Assembly: GCF_000143415.4 (NCBI RefSeq)
Contig: NW_003314281.1
Coordinates: 2,085,882-2,149,881 of the forward strand
DNA from: Selaginella moellendorffii
Lineage: Eukaryota > Plantae > Lycopodiophyta
Reading direction: 5' to 3'
Length of the DNA stretch: 64,000 bases
The notes beneath the pieces were generated by a model that saw nothing but the letters and a program-made list of their open reading frames with translations, made no database searches and was not told the DNA's origin. Below, one piece after another: positions 10,758 through 25,501 of this stretch (its first letter is position 1; every line of letters starts with the position of its first letter). Both the position numbers and the translations under genes were made by a program.

Positions 10758-13700
10758 CTACCAAAATGGGCACCACCTAAAGAGAGAAAAAAAAGTATGA
10801 GTCCAACATCTAGCTATATACAAAAGCACGTACCCCACATAGCTTTGGCACAAATTCTCGCTGGAAGTAGCTTGGTCGATGAGTTTCTGGACTTGGTCTT
10901 TGACGCTAAGAACCGACTCTCCCACAGGAAAGTCTCTACCCGTGAGTTTGTCGCTCATCCTCCCCATCACGGACACAGCCCGTTCGTTGAGTACTTCGTT
11001 TGCATCCCCGAGTTGTCCAACCACCTGCGCGATAAGTGTTTTTAATGGTCTTGATCTAACGAGAATGATAAGCACAGTAAGACAGCTTACGTTGAATGCG
11101 TGAAGCATCTCGCGTTCCCGAGCTCCCCTTTGAGGTGGAGAAGGCAGTCCTACTGCCTCCAAGTTTTGGGTCGCTGTTTGAGCACGGATGGTTGCCATGC
11201 TGGCTGGTACGTCGTTGATGTTAAACAGCCTCCAGTTGATCAAAGGATCGTGAACAAATGCCTGCAGATGCCAGCCGTTTTAGCCATGGAACAATGCTGA
11301 ATGAAAAGCTAATACCTCCATCATGGCCATTACGCTGTCTTTGTTTGATCTCAAGACGTGCATCACGTCCTCGCAAATCGACCGGAAGTTCCCTTCGATG
11401 CCACTAACTTCCATGGCCTTTACTAGCATCCTTGTCAATCGAAATGGAACCTGCAAGACAAAGAACTACCGGTTTGAGGAGCGAGCTTCTCTATCGTTGC
11501 ATCACCACCTTTTCAGGAAACTTCTCCCGCGTCATCGCTGCCTCGAAGCAATCCCCAAAGTCAATGTGCAGAATTTTCCCGCTGTAGCGATTAAGCATTA
11601 GATTGCTTGGATGTCGATCGCCTAAACCAAGAAGGTATCCGACCTGAAGAGAAGGGAGTATAAGCACATCCATTATCAGTGCGTGACGACGTTACCATGC
11701 TCATGACGGCTAAGCTACGAGTGTAGTTCGTTCGCCGTTCTAGCCAAACTTCTGAGGTTTTGCTTTTAAGCCAGAAAACCTGCCACAACCAAGTTAGCAT
11801 GTCTCAAATCAGACGAAGAAAAACCAAACCTTTGCCAGGTCATCACCGTCGGTCGCCTCCAGAGCATGCTGGAATACCTCGACTTTGGCTATAAGAGTAA
11901 GATGATCGAGATCAGGAGCGAACGACACCATGGCTCGATGTTCAGCATTGACAGGAACCTGCAAGTTTTGGTTCGGGCAATGACAGGCTGAAATGAAAGT
12001 CTACCTTCCGAGCATCCCGATATTCACGAATAAGGTGATGTAGAGTGTCGCAGTTTGGGACCCATCCAATAAGACCGCTGTTTGGAGAGAGCGGAACCAC
12101 GTCATATCGCTGAATGGAAAGGTCCTTCTCCGCCGTGTGCCGGGCATTCGTTAGAAGGGTATTTACAAGCCCAAATAACTAAAACGCAACCCACATGTTA
12201 GTAAATCGATGTCCTGTGAATCTGATGTTACCTGCATCACGCGCTCGTCTTGTCTAAGGTCTTCATGGCCCTTTAATAAGAATGTATAATCCTGGCCATC
12301 GCTGCCCTTGATGGTGCACTTCCGAGGTCGCTGTTTCGATGGCATAACTATGAGCTGTGGATCAAAACTCTGTATTGTCACAACGTTCGCTTCCGGACCT
12401 GTTTTAAGAGGAGCGTCTGCTTAATAAAAGCACAATAAAACGCATCACCACGTACCAGGACGATATGTTCCAGGGACAGCAAGTTCCAAATTGCGAGCAT
12501 TGAGAAGAGCAGGAGAAACATATTGAAGTTCCAGAGTAGTTACGCTTGGAAGCTGCTTGTTTATACGTTTAAATACGTGATAATAGAGATCCCAAGCCTA
12601 AAGCCAGCACACCTCTTCATTAAAACACCAGAAAAATGGAGATAGTACCTGTGTGAGTTCCGCTTCATTACCAGTACGACGATATTCCATGCACCATTCA
12701 TGAGCTTCTTGCAATTCTCGCCCATAAGCCTGCACATGAATGGTAGTATGTCATTCCGGGTTCGATATTTAAAATTAAAAGCTTGCCTGTACGAATGCGA
12801 TCTCTTTGAGGGTTACGGCACCTTCTTCCTCTAGTTTACGATGCAAGGGTTCCAGCACGTTTAGCATGCCCTCCTTATTATGCTCCCCAAAATACAGACG
12901 GCTGGCTTCTTCAAGTGCTTCGTACCACATTTCATGCCAGAGTATGGCCACTCGTATAAGCTCCTGAGAGACTAATTGTGCCTGGAGAAAAAAAGCTATA
13001 GACGTTATCTTTGCGTTTCTCACACAAACTTACTTGCTCCACAAGAGCTACGTGATGCTGGCGAACTCTGTCAACAACTGTCAAAGCAGCAGTTTTCCGT
13101 GAGGAGCTAATGGATTTACATGCAACTAAAAGCGGGTACATAAGAGCCTGCACGCTGCATTGTTAGAACATAAAACTCTTAAGCATTTCAGTTAGACAAC
13201 AACCTGAGGATGAATCTGTCCAATGCGTACAAGGAGTTGTTGGATAAGCTCTCGGACAGCGGGAATGTGCGAGTGTATCCGAGCAATAATCTGCGGCAGG
13301 ACCACCAGCCATGTGTCGATTATCACGTGCTTAAAACCGTCTTGCAACGCAGCATAAACTTCATCGGAAGCACCATGGTTAAACCAGAGCGTCAAAAGCC
13401 GTAGAATATCCTGAAAGTGGTCAATGTTAGCCATCCCAATACACTACATCAGCACCAACCTGTAAACTATCATCCCCGCCCTTGTTCGTGGACGCATTTG
13501 CAATGGATTTGAAGTATCCAGAAACAGCTGATACCACGTGATGAGCAGCCTTTACCGAATCTCCTTTCATAGAGTAATGTGACAAGGCCGCCGTGTTGAA
13601 CAATGCCCACCTATGCCAAGCCTTCCCCCACGCTCTCGCATAATCGATTGCAGATTTATAGGCAGAAGATATTNNNNNNNNNNNNNNNNNNNNNNNNNNN

Positions 13701-16700
13701 NNNNNNNNNNNNNNNNNNNNNNNNNNNNNNNNNNNNNNNNNNNNNNNNNNNNNNNNNNNNNNNNNNNNNNNNNNNNNNNNNNNNNNNNNNNNNNNNNNNN
13801 NNNNNNNNNNNNNNNNNNNNNNNNNNNNNNTAAATACGTGCAATGAGAGGAACCGGCGACACTCCAGAACTGCCAGAAGCACCCTGAGGTGTACAGTACA
13901 TGGATGCTTGGCCATTCGCCAAATCTAGTGCAAGATACTGCTTAAAATAAAAAAGAAAAGAAAAACACCGCATAAAAATTTCATTTATGAATAAAGAACA
14001 GCGAACCTGAAGCCGTCTATAGGCGGTTTGCCTTTTCGATTCCTCGCCGAAAGACCAAAGGTATTTTAAATATGCCAGCATCACTGGAGGATTAACGACG
14101 TAGCCAGGCGGAGGATCACTTTGTTCTGGATCGTACTTCACTCAAAAAAAAAAAACAAAAAATAACACGTTAGCAAAACTAATAAAGAGTTGCATGAAAC
14201 CCATTCACCTGAAGAAGTTTTATCAATGTTGCGTGTGACTGACTTACTCGGCCACTTTTATAGCAAAGAGAAGCGAACTTCAGCCATGTTTCGGCATCTT
14301 CGGTAGGAGGAAGCACAAGCGTTCGAACAGATAACAACCTTTGCCAGACCTACAAAAAAAAACAGGCAACATATACGTCGCTTGAACGAAATAAATATAC
14401 CTCAACGTTTCTTTTCGCTCCCCGAATACGATCCCGCCACATTCTCCTGATCAATGAAGCACGTGCCTCAGATGCAGGGTTCCCCGTTTGCAGTGTGCAA
14501 TATTCGATAACCTCTTCCAGTTCTGCTAACTGTTGAACGCGCACCATGTTGCTGTATGCACGGTCGTAACTCTCAAGAACCTGGACGACACAAACACTTC
14601 AGCCCCCGTAAGGATGATATGAACGCTTACCAATGCCGCAAGCTCTGTCGCTAAGCATTTTCGTGCCCGTTCGGCATATATGCCCGCTTCATCGTACTGA
14701 AAGGAGGATCAGGGTATAGAGCACAATAATTTATGGCATTGTCTACCTTAGAACGCCGAATGCATAAAACCGCCCGGAAAAATGCCCCTGCAAATCCGGT
14801 TCCAGTGCCGTCCTGGCCTCGCGTAGGTACGTTCATTTCATCTCCATTATCCATCTGAGACACGTACTCTTCCATTTCATCCCATTCACCCATATTCCAT
14901 GCAGCACTCGCAGCCTGCAAAATACATTCAAACATAAACAAATTGTAATCATGAGTCAGCTTATTTTGTAGTACCATTGGTGCCATCTGAAGCTGTGCAG
15001 AAGGTTCACTCCAAGTCTCCCTGCAAAGTGTACTCAACTCTTCCCATCGTGCCAATGCCACCAAGCACCTCATTCGACCTGTAACAGCCTTTTAGTATAC
15101 AGTAGACATGATTGGACAGTATCACCTAAAGTGGGCTCCAACGACGCGTGGGGGCTGGTAGCTTGAGAGGCTTTTGCCGTGTAAGCATCGAGAGCGGCTT
15201 CCCAGCGTTGAAGCTTCTCATACCTACGACCATAATTTTCTGTAAGATGTGTGTTGCAACAGCAAATACTTGCCAAGATTCCTTTAGTTGAACTCCGAGG
15301 TTACGTTGTGCATATGTCAAAATTCCAACAGCCGCCTATGCTTACAAGGATAAGAGTAGCGTCGTACATAAAAAGCTTACCTCATGTTGGTGGAGTTGGT
15401 TGTTGACATGAATCAAAGCTTCAACGGCTCCAACAAGCTGGTGCTTTTGTTCACGAGCAAGGACCATATCAAACTCCATCTCTTTGTAATGTAAAGCTTT
15501 TGCAAACAAATGACACTAAAAAGGTGATGTTAAGCAATGAACAGAAAATCGCAATTACCTTTTCAGCTAAGCTGCCAAGCGTTCTCGTATCCACAGGCAG
15601 AGGGTCCTCATCCCGTTCCATAAACTCCGCCTATACAAGAAGGTAAGCAGATAAACGTGATGAACAGCGCGGCAGTTTACCAGATTCAGAAGAGTTCCAA
15701 GAATATCTGATGGAATGTTGGGAGACGTCAAAGCGTAATTCAAACTTCGTACTAGCTGTTTTTTGTACGAATCATTAAGTTGGGACCAGCAACTTACAAA
15801 GGCAACTGCAAACAACTCCCGTGCCACGTGAGGCTGCAAAGGAAAAACACTGGTTTACTGTCAAGAATGAGTTTAAGGACTTGCCTGGCGTTGTGCTAAA
15901 GGAGCACAGGTTCTTAAAGCGGGAGAAGGAGACTCTTTCAGCAGCTCTAAGCTGAAGTGTCGCATCCACTCTGACCAGTCTTCCTTTGTGCTTCTTTGAG
16001 AGGATTCCCATGCAGATCTTAAGTGTACCTCGTTAACCTGCGTGCCCCGTGTACTTAAGGCATTTTCGCCATCCAATTCAGCTCCATGAGATGAAGCAGC
16101 TATATCCGCTTCGGAAACTGCTGTAGGCCGTACATCCACCAAGATCGGGTCTCGCCGTTTAAGACGAGATTCAATGGAATCAAACTGCGGATGCTGCAGG
16201 TAACAAGATGTGAGTCCAGAATCCGATTATAATTATTGTTCAACCTGCAAGTGGTGACGTTGAAGTAGCTTGCGCACTGAAGGAAGAAACATGGTGAATT
16301 CTGCTCCAAGGACAGTAGCCAAAACACATATAGCATCCACAGCATCGTTACGCAACTCATCCTTCGTGCTGCGGATGAAAAACGAAGAATTTCCGTTATG
16401 CAACATGCAACAGTTAACAAATAAGAAGGAAAACCTTACCCATCTAGAACGCTCAACAACGGGTGTAGCAAAGAAGACACATGTGCAGTGACCTGAATTA
16501 AAATATTACAATTTGTATTCGAGTCATGAATTTTACCTGCATGCAAGGAAGAAGACGTGAAAAGGTTTTGATAGTAGATCGTCTTATATCCATCGGCGCA
16601 TTTGAAACATCCGGCTTAAAAAGGCGGACTAAGGCAGGTAGTACTAGGTGCATGTGCTCATCCAGAGAAGCTGCAAAAACGTTCAGGACACAAGTAAAAC

Positions 16701-19700
16701 CAAAAGGAAAAAATGGTTACCGCCAAATACTTCAAAAGTGTGCAAAAGAGACGCGACGTAGGCATAGTCAGCGTTGCGTTCAGCCTCATTCAAAGCTTGA
16801 ATACATTTAGGTAGAATCTCTGGCATGTGCATCCGAAACTCATCGTGAAGAGCGACACAGAGTCTTTCTACAAGATGCAAAATCTAAAAAGACAATTTTG
16901 CTGAGTGAGTGAAATGCTTGACGGCGTCTTACTGGTGAGTGAGAAGCGGAACGAGGGCTTGTCGGAAGGATCATGTCTAGAACAAGAGAAAGAATGCTTG
17001 AAAGATACTTCCGAATGTGCTGCAACAAAAAAAAGTGTTGCAACAAGGAAAAGAACAGCTCAATCATACCTGACGGACAATTGCAACAAGGTCTGCAAGC
17101 TGACAAAAGATAAATTCTCGTAGATTATCTTCACAGTTTCTAATGGTCAACAAAAGGTCCGGCATGACCTGCGAATGGCGGATTTGTACAAGGACATCCA
17201 CAGAAGGCACTTTCCACTTACCTGCGGTAGATAAGGTACGCAACCAAGACCCATGACCTGCAATCCCTTCCACTTTTTACGACCGCCATATCAATAATAC
17301 CGTACCTTGCAGATGTACATAAGAGATTTAACAACGCTTTGATGGTATATCGATGATGAGGGATCTCGCAAAGTCCGCATGAGAGCATTGATTGCAACCT
17401 GCAAGCGACACATTAGTTACAAAAGCCAATGGATGCCGAAACCTTAACTGTTGAGTAATAATCTTCTGTAGCTGCCGATATTCCACCAGTAGGCCACGCT
17501 TCCATAAGAGACTCGTCATTTGTCTGCCCGTGTACAGTTTCTGACAAAGAAGAGCGATTGCCGTCGCTTGGATGTAGCCGAAGTTCGTTGCGTTTGTTGA
17601 CGTGCGGATCTAGCGCACCAATGACTCCAAGTACCTAGCAATTTAGAGATTGAGCTAGTCCGTGATAAACAAATCTTCCAACCTTTAAAACTTCATTCCT
17701 TGTAGACCATTCGAGTTCCCCATTCAGCAATATTCGAAGTAGTAAACCCAGCAAGTGTGGAAACTCTGTATACGGTGTCACGACGTACCTGGAAAACAAC
17801 AAGAAACGCATGTAATGGTCGTATACTACATTTGTAAATGCTTACCCAGTGTTCTGGACCAGTTGACCCAGTGTTCTCACAGCAACATCCCGCTTACTAG
17901 CAGCAGAAGTGTCACGAAGAGCATCCACAATTAACGGCATCAGGTCCTTGATATGCGGTCTTATTGCGCACCCAGCCTGTAAAAGAGCAAAGTCTGAGTT
18001 TCATGCCTCTCATAAAACAAAAGTGGCTTACCACTCGAGCAAGCTCCCCCACGGTTGCCATTACCCCGGATACTACGCCAATATTCCCACTACCTCCACT
18101 TCCTTCACTTAGTCTCGCCACCAAAGCCTGCATGTAAGGAATGAAATTTCTTCGTACTTAGAAGATTTTAACCTTATGGATCGGAATAACGTAAGGAGTT
18201 ATTAGAGTTTCGCATGCTCTTATCAGCGATCCCAACAGAATAGCACTTTCCTCCTTGCTTTTGCTATCCGCGCTGTGTGTCCCACATATTAGACACTCAA
18301 ACACAACTCAAATCCCAACCTGTGCTCCATGTCTGTCAAGAGCTGTTGCAGGTGACGTCTCAAAGCCGGACATACATATGCAGCATTTTTGTCTGACAGC
18401 TTCCCCGCCATTACAATGGATAGTTTTCTGACTTCAAACGACTAAAAGCAACAAGATTAGAAGCCATCCATACCGCCCAACCTAGCTATTACCTGGTCGT
18501 TGAACGCAATAAAAATTGCTTTCAAACAGTCAGCCTGAGCAAGAAAATCGTAGAAGCTCCCGTTCGTTCCAAGCGAAACAAAAACATCTTCTCTGACGGA
18601 AGCATCCGTATCAGAAACAGCAGCAACTAGAAGTTTTTCCAGAATCTGTGAACATGACCCGTAAGCATGAATAGTCAAAGAGAATATACAAAACGTACCT
18701 CTTCGATGAGAATCCGATGCTTTCGAAAAGTTAAAGGACGACCAGAAGTGAGTCTGGAAGCTGATCTGCCAGTTATAGCAGTTTGATACGAATGCTCAAC
18801 AAGCCGACAGCAGCATCTAGCAGCGTGACGTCGGACACCAGCATCATCATCTTCGAGGTGCATAACAACTGCTTCTCGCGCGAACTCAAGTAAATCATGC
18901 CCCTGCATAAATCACTAAGATTATCGTGACATACTGTATGGCAAATACCTTGAAATTAAAATTGGTCAAAATTTTAAGCGCGAGCTGCACCAGTGCGGGC
19001 CCTTGAATTTCTGAAGAAGGAAGCCCCACCGCCTTCTGTGGCAGTCGAACAAGAAGACTTTTTCTTTGCGAAAAATATGGCGCTTTGCACAAAACCAAGG
19101 AAATGAAATCCAGTAAGCGCTCCTGAATTGGAGGTAAAAAGGACGGCAAGCTGTAGAAAAATCGTCAGCATTCAGTTTCGCTTCAAATAACCAATGCCAC
19201 CTTGTCACTATCTGATTTAAGGCCTTCTCCAGCGTTGGAGTAAGGCCGGTATCGAACATAATATCCAGCGTACTGCGAACGTGCTCTTCCATAAGCGGGC
19301 CAAGGGCTTCAGTCAGGTTCCCAACGCATGCAATAGCTTCCATGGATGGTTTTCCGCGACGTGGTTGTAGCTGGCAAACAAAGAAGTATAGAATGAGAAT
19401 ATAAAAACCAACTGAACTGAAATAAAGTACTGCATCACGTATAAAATTCATAATCGCCGGCAGATATTCGCCAAGAGCGCATCCAACAGCACCTGCCATC
19501 TCTCCGAGTGCAGCAAACCCAGTAGAACGTTCGCTTGGATTGCGCATAACAGCTAAAAGATGATCCATGGACGTCTGTATCAGAAACGATTAGGCACTAC
19601 AGCGGAAAGTAATAGTGGCACTTACAGTGAAGTAGGAAGTCACAAATCTATCCCGTAGAAAATGCGCAATGCGTGGCAGCAATGATGTGATGCTCCTGCG

Positions 19701-20806
19701 CACTAAACGGTCCCTGTGATCTCGAAACTTGAACGCAATGTCTAACACCTCCTTGTAGCGAGACATCATGAATTCTCCCGTGTTCCTTCGCAAGATCTTA
19801 TGAGAACAAAGCCTATCAAGAGCTTGCAGTACCTTAAAAGCTCTCCAACAGCAAGCAGCGACCCGTGGATACTTTCGACAGTAGCATTTTTCCCTAGGCC
19901 ATCTTGCGTAGCCTCAAACATTCGATAGTACCTGCAAAACTTGAGATTGTCGTGACATTAAAAATGAGGAGTATACACACCATCGCACTCTCCATCTTGT
20001 TTCCCGTGTTACTATCACCGTCAGACATGCCCGAAGAGCTTCTACAGCATGTTCACGAATAGCTTGCCTAGGATCACGCAAGGCAATCCAAATAGCGTCG
20101 ACAAATTCAGGAACATGAACATTAAACACAGTCGGCGCTTGATCTGCCATCTCCTACAGATAAAAAGGAAGATTGGCATGAGCACAAGCTAGGTGAACTA
20201 CACGCACCTTTAGAATTAGAACTGCCGCAAAGCGTCGAGATTCTCCTCTCAGCCATTTCAATGCGCATGACACCTGCAAGATAATGGTTGATTTCTCTGG
20301 GACTGTGGAAAATCTTACATACCTGAGACTCAACAATGTCAGCTGTTTGAGGACCCGTGCTCACAATATGTCCAAGAACTTCACTAGCACGCACGAGAAC
20401 GTCGGGATCTTGCTTCTCTTCGAGCACTCGCTTAACGCAATTCGCAAACTTCATCGTCTTGGTTGCGCTCTCCCCGAGCTCCACATCGATGAGCACGTCG
20501 ATTGCTCGCAATGCGCCCAGATTGTCACTTACATCGGCGCTCTCGATCAAGCAGTTGATGCGATCGTACAGAATATCTAGGAATTTCGTCAGGCCCTCGG
20601 CAGAGAGGTCGCGCGCCTCCTCCTGAACGTGCTTGCGCAGGGCTGCAGCGGCAGCTCCATCCTGGGATTTGGAGAACGATAGGATCGGATTGAGAAGCTT
20701 TCGAATGCGCGCTCACCTTGATCGACGCTGTCTTGAAACGTAGCTCGGATAGAAGGCGCTGCAGCGCATCTGGAGGCCGAGGCGCCACGCCTTGGGCGCC
20801 TGCCAT
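10758..20806 (-). CDS. TOR: Target of rapamycin Ser/Thr kinase (HEAT-FAT-FRB-PIKK-FATC), many ~50-bp introns
   Basis: [30 protein letters not shown]; kinase [36 protein letters not shown]; [18 protein letters not shown]; N-terminal [19 protein letters not shown] at 20806. Confidence 0.97.
13674..13830. other. Assembly gap (N run) inside the TOR FAT region
   Basis: Run of n characters. Confidence 1.
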
Positions 20807-21399
20807 GGCCAAACCCTAGAGTTCCACTTATCGCTTAAAACCCTACATTCTTTGGGAAAAGCATTTGAATGAATATTGCTCCAATTTGGAATCAAGACAC
20901 TCCGTCACATTACTCAAGGATCAATGGGATTGCTCGCGAGTGTCATAAGTGAAGCGATTTGAATTAGAGTCCACCAACGTGAAAGTTTGGACTTTTTCTA
21001 GCATTCTCACTTCCAGGAAACAATTCGTAAGTTTGCTTTTCCACTATGAAAACCTGGGATGAATCACAAACAAGCAATGAAACGTATCAAAGATCGTTGT
21101 CATTTAGTATGTATGATTTCGATCAAGTGAACTAAATCTAACGTTCAGCACTTCTTTATTCCTTTCACTAGTATTTGCCTAGCCAATGCTAGGTAGTTGG
21201 CAAAGCCTCTCAAACTTACTAACATATCTTTGTGAGAATTTGCTCACATCTCACAATTTCCTTGTGAGATGATTCTTTTATTTTTAGCACCGGTCCATTG
21301 CTATCCATTGGGCCACAGGGAAAATTAAAAAATAAACAAAGTTTATTGTAGTTTGTTTTTATGTTTTAAGGTATAGTAGGACAGGAGTTAGTTAATATA

Positions 21400-24300
21400 A
21401 AGCTTCTATATATACAGCATTGATAGTGAATGTTGATGAATTGAATGGAATTAAGCGGCCTTGTGTATGAGTTGTGTCAACACGAATTGCAAGTTGTTGT
21501 GGTGATGTGCATCTTGAGAGTGCAATATAGAGCTGCCCATAGCTGGGGTAAGTAGATGCCTACACGATCAAAATGTTTGACCTTGGCATTTTAAAATTGT
21601 TAAGTAGTATCCAAGATAAAGAGGAAATTGTTTTCGAAACATATGGAATAGAACATCTGAATCAGAGGGTGTTAAGTTAATGCGTGGGATAAAAGTTCTA
21701 GTACCTTTAAATTCACATGTAATTATTTCACAGTCCAAAATTTTAGATGAAGTTCTTTTGACCATTAATCGAGTTCCATTGCATAATCCAATTGTTGAAG
21801 ATATATTTCTCAAAAGAATAACTATACAACCTTCTTTTAGTATCAATTTGTGTGGTGGTAGTCCAAAGGGAGTGATAGAATTTAGAAATTCAATTAGGAA
21901 ATTTTTAGGGTGTTTAACATCAATGGAGTCAATGTTAGTATAAATTTGAGGTGGACTTGGTAATTGAGAGATAATGTTGTTGTTAATTAGAAATGTATCA
22001 TCATTAAGAGGTGTTAAAATGGCTCTATTTGCTACAATTTGAACATTTGAAATATTTTCAATACATGGGAATACAAAATCAATAATAAAGGTACTTTTAA
22101 TTAGTTCTGAAGGAAAAAGGATAGAATCAAGTGGTAAAATAGGGTTTTGTGTGTAATTATTTCCATCACCAACTTTCAATAGCCATTCTACCCAGTCTGA
22201 GAACTTGGGGCTAAGCCGCATATTTTTTTGTAATTAAAACTTTCTAAATAGATTCTATAGACTATTCATTCTTACAAATGTGGAAACAATTTATGCTCGA
22301 TGACTGTGTGGGACAATTAATAATGTTTTACGGAAGTCACCACTTGTAACAATAACAATGCCACCGAATGGAGAATTGTTCTGTTTCAAGTCTCGTAGGC
22401 AGCGGTTGACACCTGAAAAAGCAAATGTATGAACCATACTAATTTCATCCCAAATAAGCACTTATATTGTTTTCATAGATCTACTGGCATTGTTATTAGG
22501 TGTTAAACTAGAAACATATGTATCATTAATTAGAACAGATAACTTAAAGGTTGTATAGGATGTTTGTCCATTGTGTAGTAGTGTGCTTGCAATGTTTGTC
22601 CATGCCATACAAACCACTTTTTTATTGTAAAACTCAAAATATTTTACCATTGTATTTAATAAATATGTTTTGCCAGTACCACCAGGGCCATCAATAAAAA
22701 TAAAATGGTTGGTATCAGTCGGGCACTCGACAATATTAACAATTTCATTGAATATAGCTAATTATTCAACATTCAAGTTTCTAATATAATAGTAAATTTC
22801 TGTATATGAATGCTTGCAATTTAGTATTGGTTGAATAGAAGTATTTAGGATTGGGATAGGTAAATTGTATGATTGGTTTGTTTTACCATGTATTTTCATT
22901 CTTGAGTTAATGTCTATTAGAGCAAGTTTATATCGGCATACAATATTTGTTTTATCAAAATCTTCAGAGAGTTGATCCTTAAAAACATCCTAAAAATATG
23001 GTGGGTCTTGTGGATTGCAAAAAATACATATAAAAGTAAAGAGTTGACGCAAATGTGTAGGCATTTGAAAATTGCATGCTTCTTGTAAATAATTATACCA
23101 CTCGTTATCATCATCAAGAAGACCCATAGCAACAGTAGCTTATTAAAAGCTTTGGTAAGTTACATCATTAACTGTTTTAATATTGTCGAAAGATGTCATT
23201 CCTTTTTTATGAAGAAGAATAATATATAAGTGGTACAACTGGGAAATATTGAGTATAGTCGAGGAATAACCTTTTTTTTTTTTCGACGTTGCCATACATT
23301 AACAAATTTATTGAAAACATAATATAAAGGTATTTTAACGTAGGTATATTGTCTTGCATTTAGATTATGAATATTGAGTTCGAATCATTTTGTTAACATT
23401 GTTCCATTACGTGCTGTTCTTTGCAAGGCATTGTGCTCCAAACTTTCTATAAAATACACATTTTGGAAGTCAGGAAGATGTACGGGCAGACATATTATAG
23501 GGTGTGAGCGTCCATGTATTTTAAATTTAAATATCCTCCAAATAGCTTTCGGTGCTGAAATGTATCAAATATTTATAAAATTCGTGATTTCATCCCAATT
23601 TAATACATTTTCAGACTGAGTAGCTGTTTGGATTTGAATGGTTGCACAATCATATCCTTTATAAACATATTGAAAAAGATACTTAATACTTTTAATTGAT
23701 GCACATATTTCTATATTTATATGAGCTTTGTATTTTTTACATAAATATTTATTATATGGGACAATCCATCTGTTATCAATTGGAACATCATTTTTAAGGA
23801 AGGTGCGACCATTGTTTGGCCTAAAATATTCTGGGTACCCATCCACACAATATGTAATTTCGTCATTGAAGTTTTTGGGATAGATTTTGGAGCATTTTTT
23901 GTTTTCCATACATGGACTTTGAGGATTTAGTAATCCACATAGACCATGTATTATATGTGATGTAATTATTTCAAATAGTTCAGGCTCTAATAAAGGGTCA
24001 GGTAATTGAGCAAATACATATTGGTCAATAGTGTCACGGTCTTTAATTTTACTTTCATTATCTAATATGCCTAGGAAATGACAATGTGGCAAACCTTTTT
24101 TTTTGGAACTCAATGACATATATAAATGCAATACATCTTCCAAAGATATTATTTTGTGTAATATCATGGAGAAAATATTTTAGCTTCATGTTAAAAGCTA
24201 AATCAGGTCGGTCTTCAGGTCCTTCATTAGGGTGCAGATTTTGTAATATCTCAGGCCATTTAGAGTTGCAAGTGAAAGTTATGAAATATCAGGTTTTGAG

Positions 24301-25501
24301 TGTTTTATTACAATTGCCATAGCATCTTGGTAATTTTGTTGCATAGCTCTTGGGCTTCCTATAAAAGTAGAAGCTAAAATAACAATTTTTCCTACTCGAG
24401 CATTTGCATCAGCAGCTTTGCTAGCAACATAATCCATCAAACCTATATAAAAATCAACTCTCATATTTTTTTGATTAGATCTATAGTATTGTAAATTGTT
24501 GCTTTCAATTTTCATATAAGCATCTACAATATATTGTTGGGTGAGTTTTCCAACATGTAAAATTCATATGTAACTGTAGAGGTTGATAATGTTGAATCTC
24601 TTTTGGACAAACAATAGGCATAATATTGAAGGAGTGTTATATGCTTGTTAGAAGAAAGCTTGTCATGCCAGGCTCTATCTCCATGTGGAAAAAGTATTGG
24701 ATAAACCATAGGATCACAATTAGCATTTAAAATAGATATATGTTGTGGTTCTGATGATTTTGGATGAATGCATATTTCACGGTCAAAAGGTGGCACACCA
24801 TCTTCACTTTGGAAAACTATTGCAACATCATTATTTTGTGGAGTATTATATCAACGATGGTCTGTGCCTTCATTTTTAATAAGCATATAAACTCCACGTA
24901 AATTGCTACCAAAAATAATAGTTCTTGAAATATTTTCCCATTCCAATTCATACATCATTCTAAAAGCTTGTGCATATGGATTAATATATCGAAGTATTGT
25001 ATCTAGTTGAAGCGGTAAATTATAATCACAGTTAATGTTAAAAGGGTTTTATTTTCTAATATCAGTAGCCTCATTGGAGTCTAGCATGTACAATTGACTA
25101 TAGCTTGGATTTTGATGTTTTGAAGGATGTTGTGGCATAATTTTGTGATAGATTTGTCCATGAATTCTATAGTAGTATGGACCATGACCCGTAAAAGTAT
25201 CAATGCTAGCTCCCATAGACACGAAAGCAAGTGCACTATTATATTGTCTTATATTACTCTTGAAATTAGAGTGTTTGTGTGAGTTATATACAGAATATAG
25301 AAATGATGGTAATGGAAGTATTGGAGGTATGTAGACCTGTCCACTCTGGCAACAAATAGACTTGTTCTCATTGGCAAAGTGTGAGGCATGACAATACTTA
25401 CAAATATATGATAAGGGACCTATATTCATTGTCAAAACATATGTATCATTATATAGGTAATTGCTAGCAAGTGTGCTGCAAATCTGAGGTGAAGGGGGCA
25501 A
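21400..25501 (-). pseudogene. Helitron Rep/PIF1-helicase coding region, frameshifted
   Basis: Fragments CKYCHASHF...CCQSG, TFIGSPRAMQQNYQDAMAIV, GLPHCH, DNRWIVPYN, Walker A GPGGTGKT, and PPHKLILKEGCIVILLRN...GLCNGTRL...KCQGQTF, with many stops and frameshifts. Confidence 0.9.

Noticed and set aside
13427-14141. ORFs with X runs suggesting TOR disruption
   Set aside because: Caused by the assembly gap at 13674-13830; flanking TOR exons look intact.
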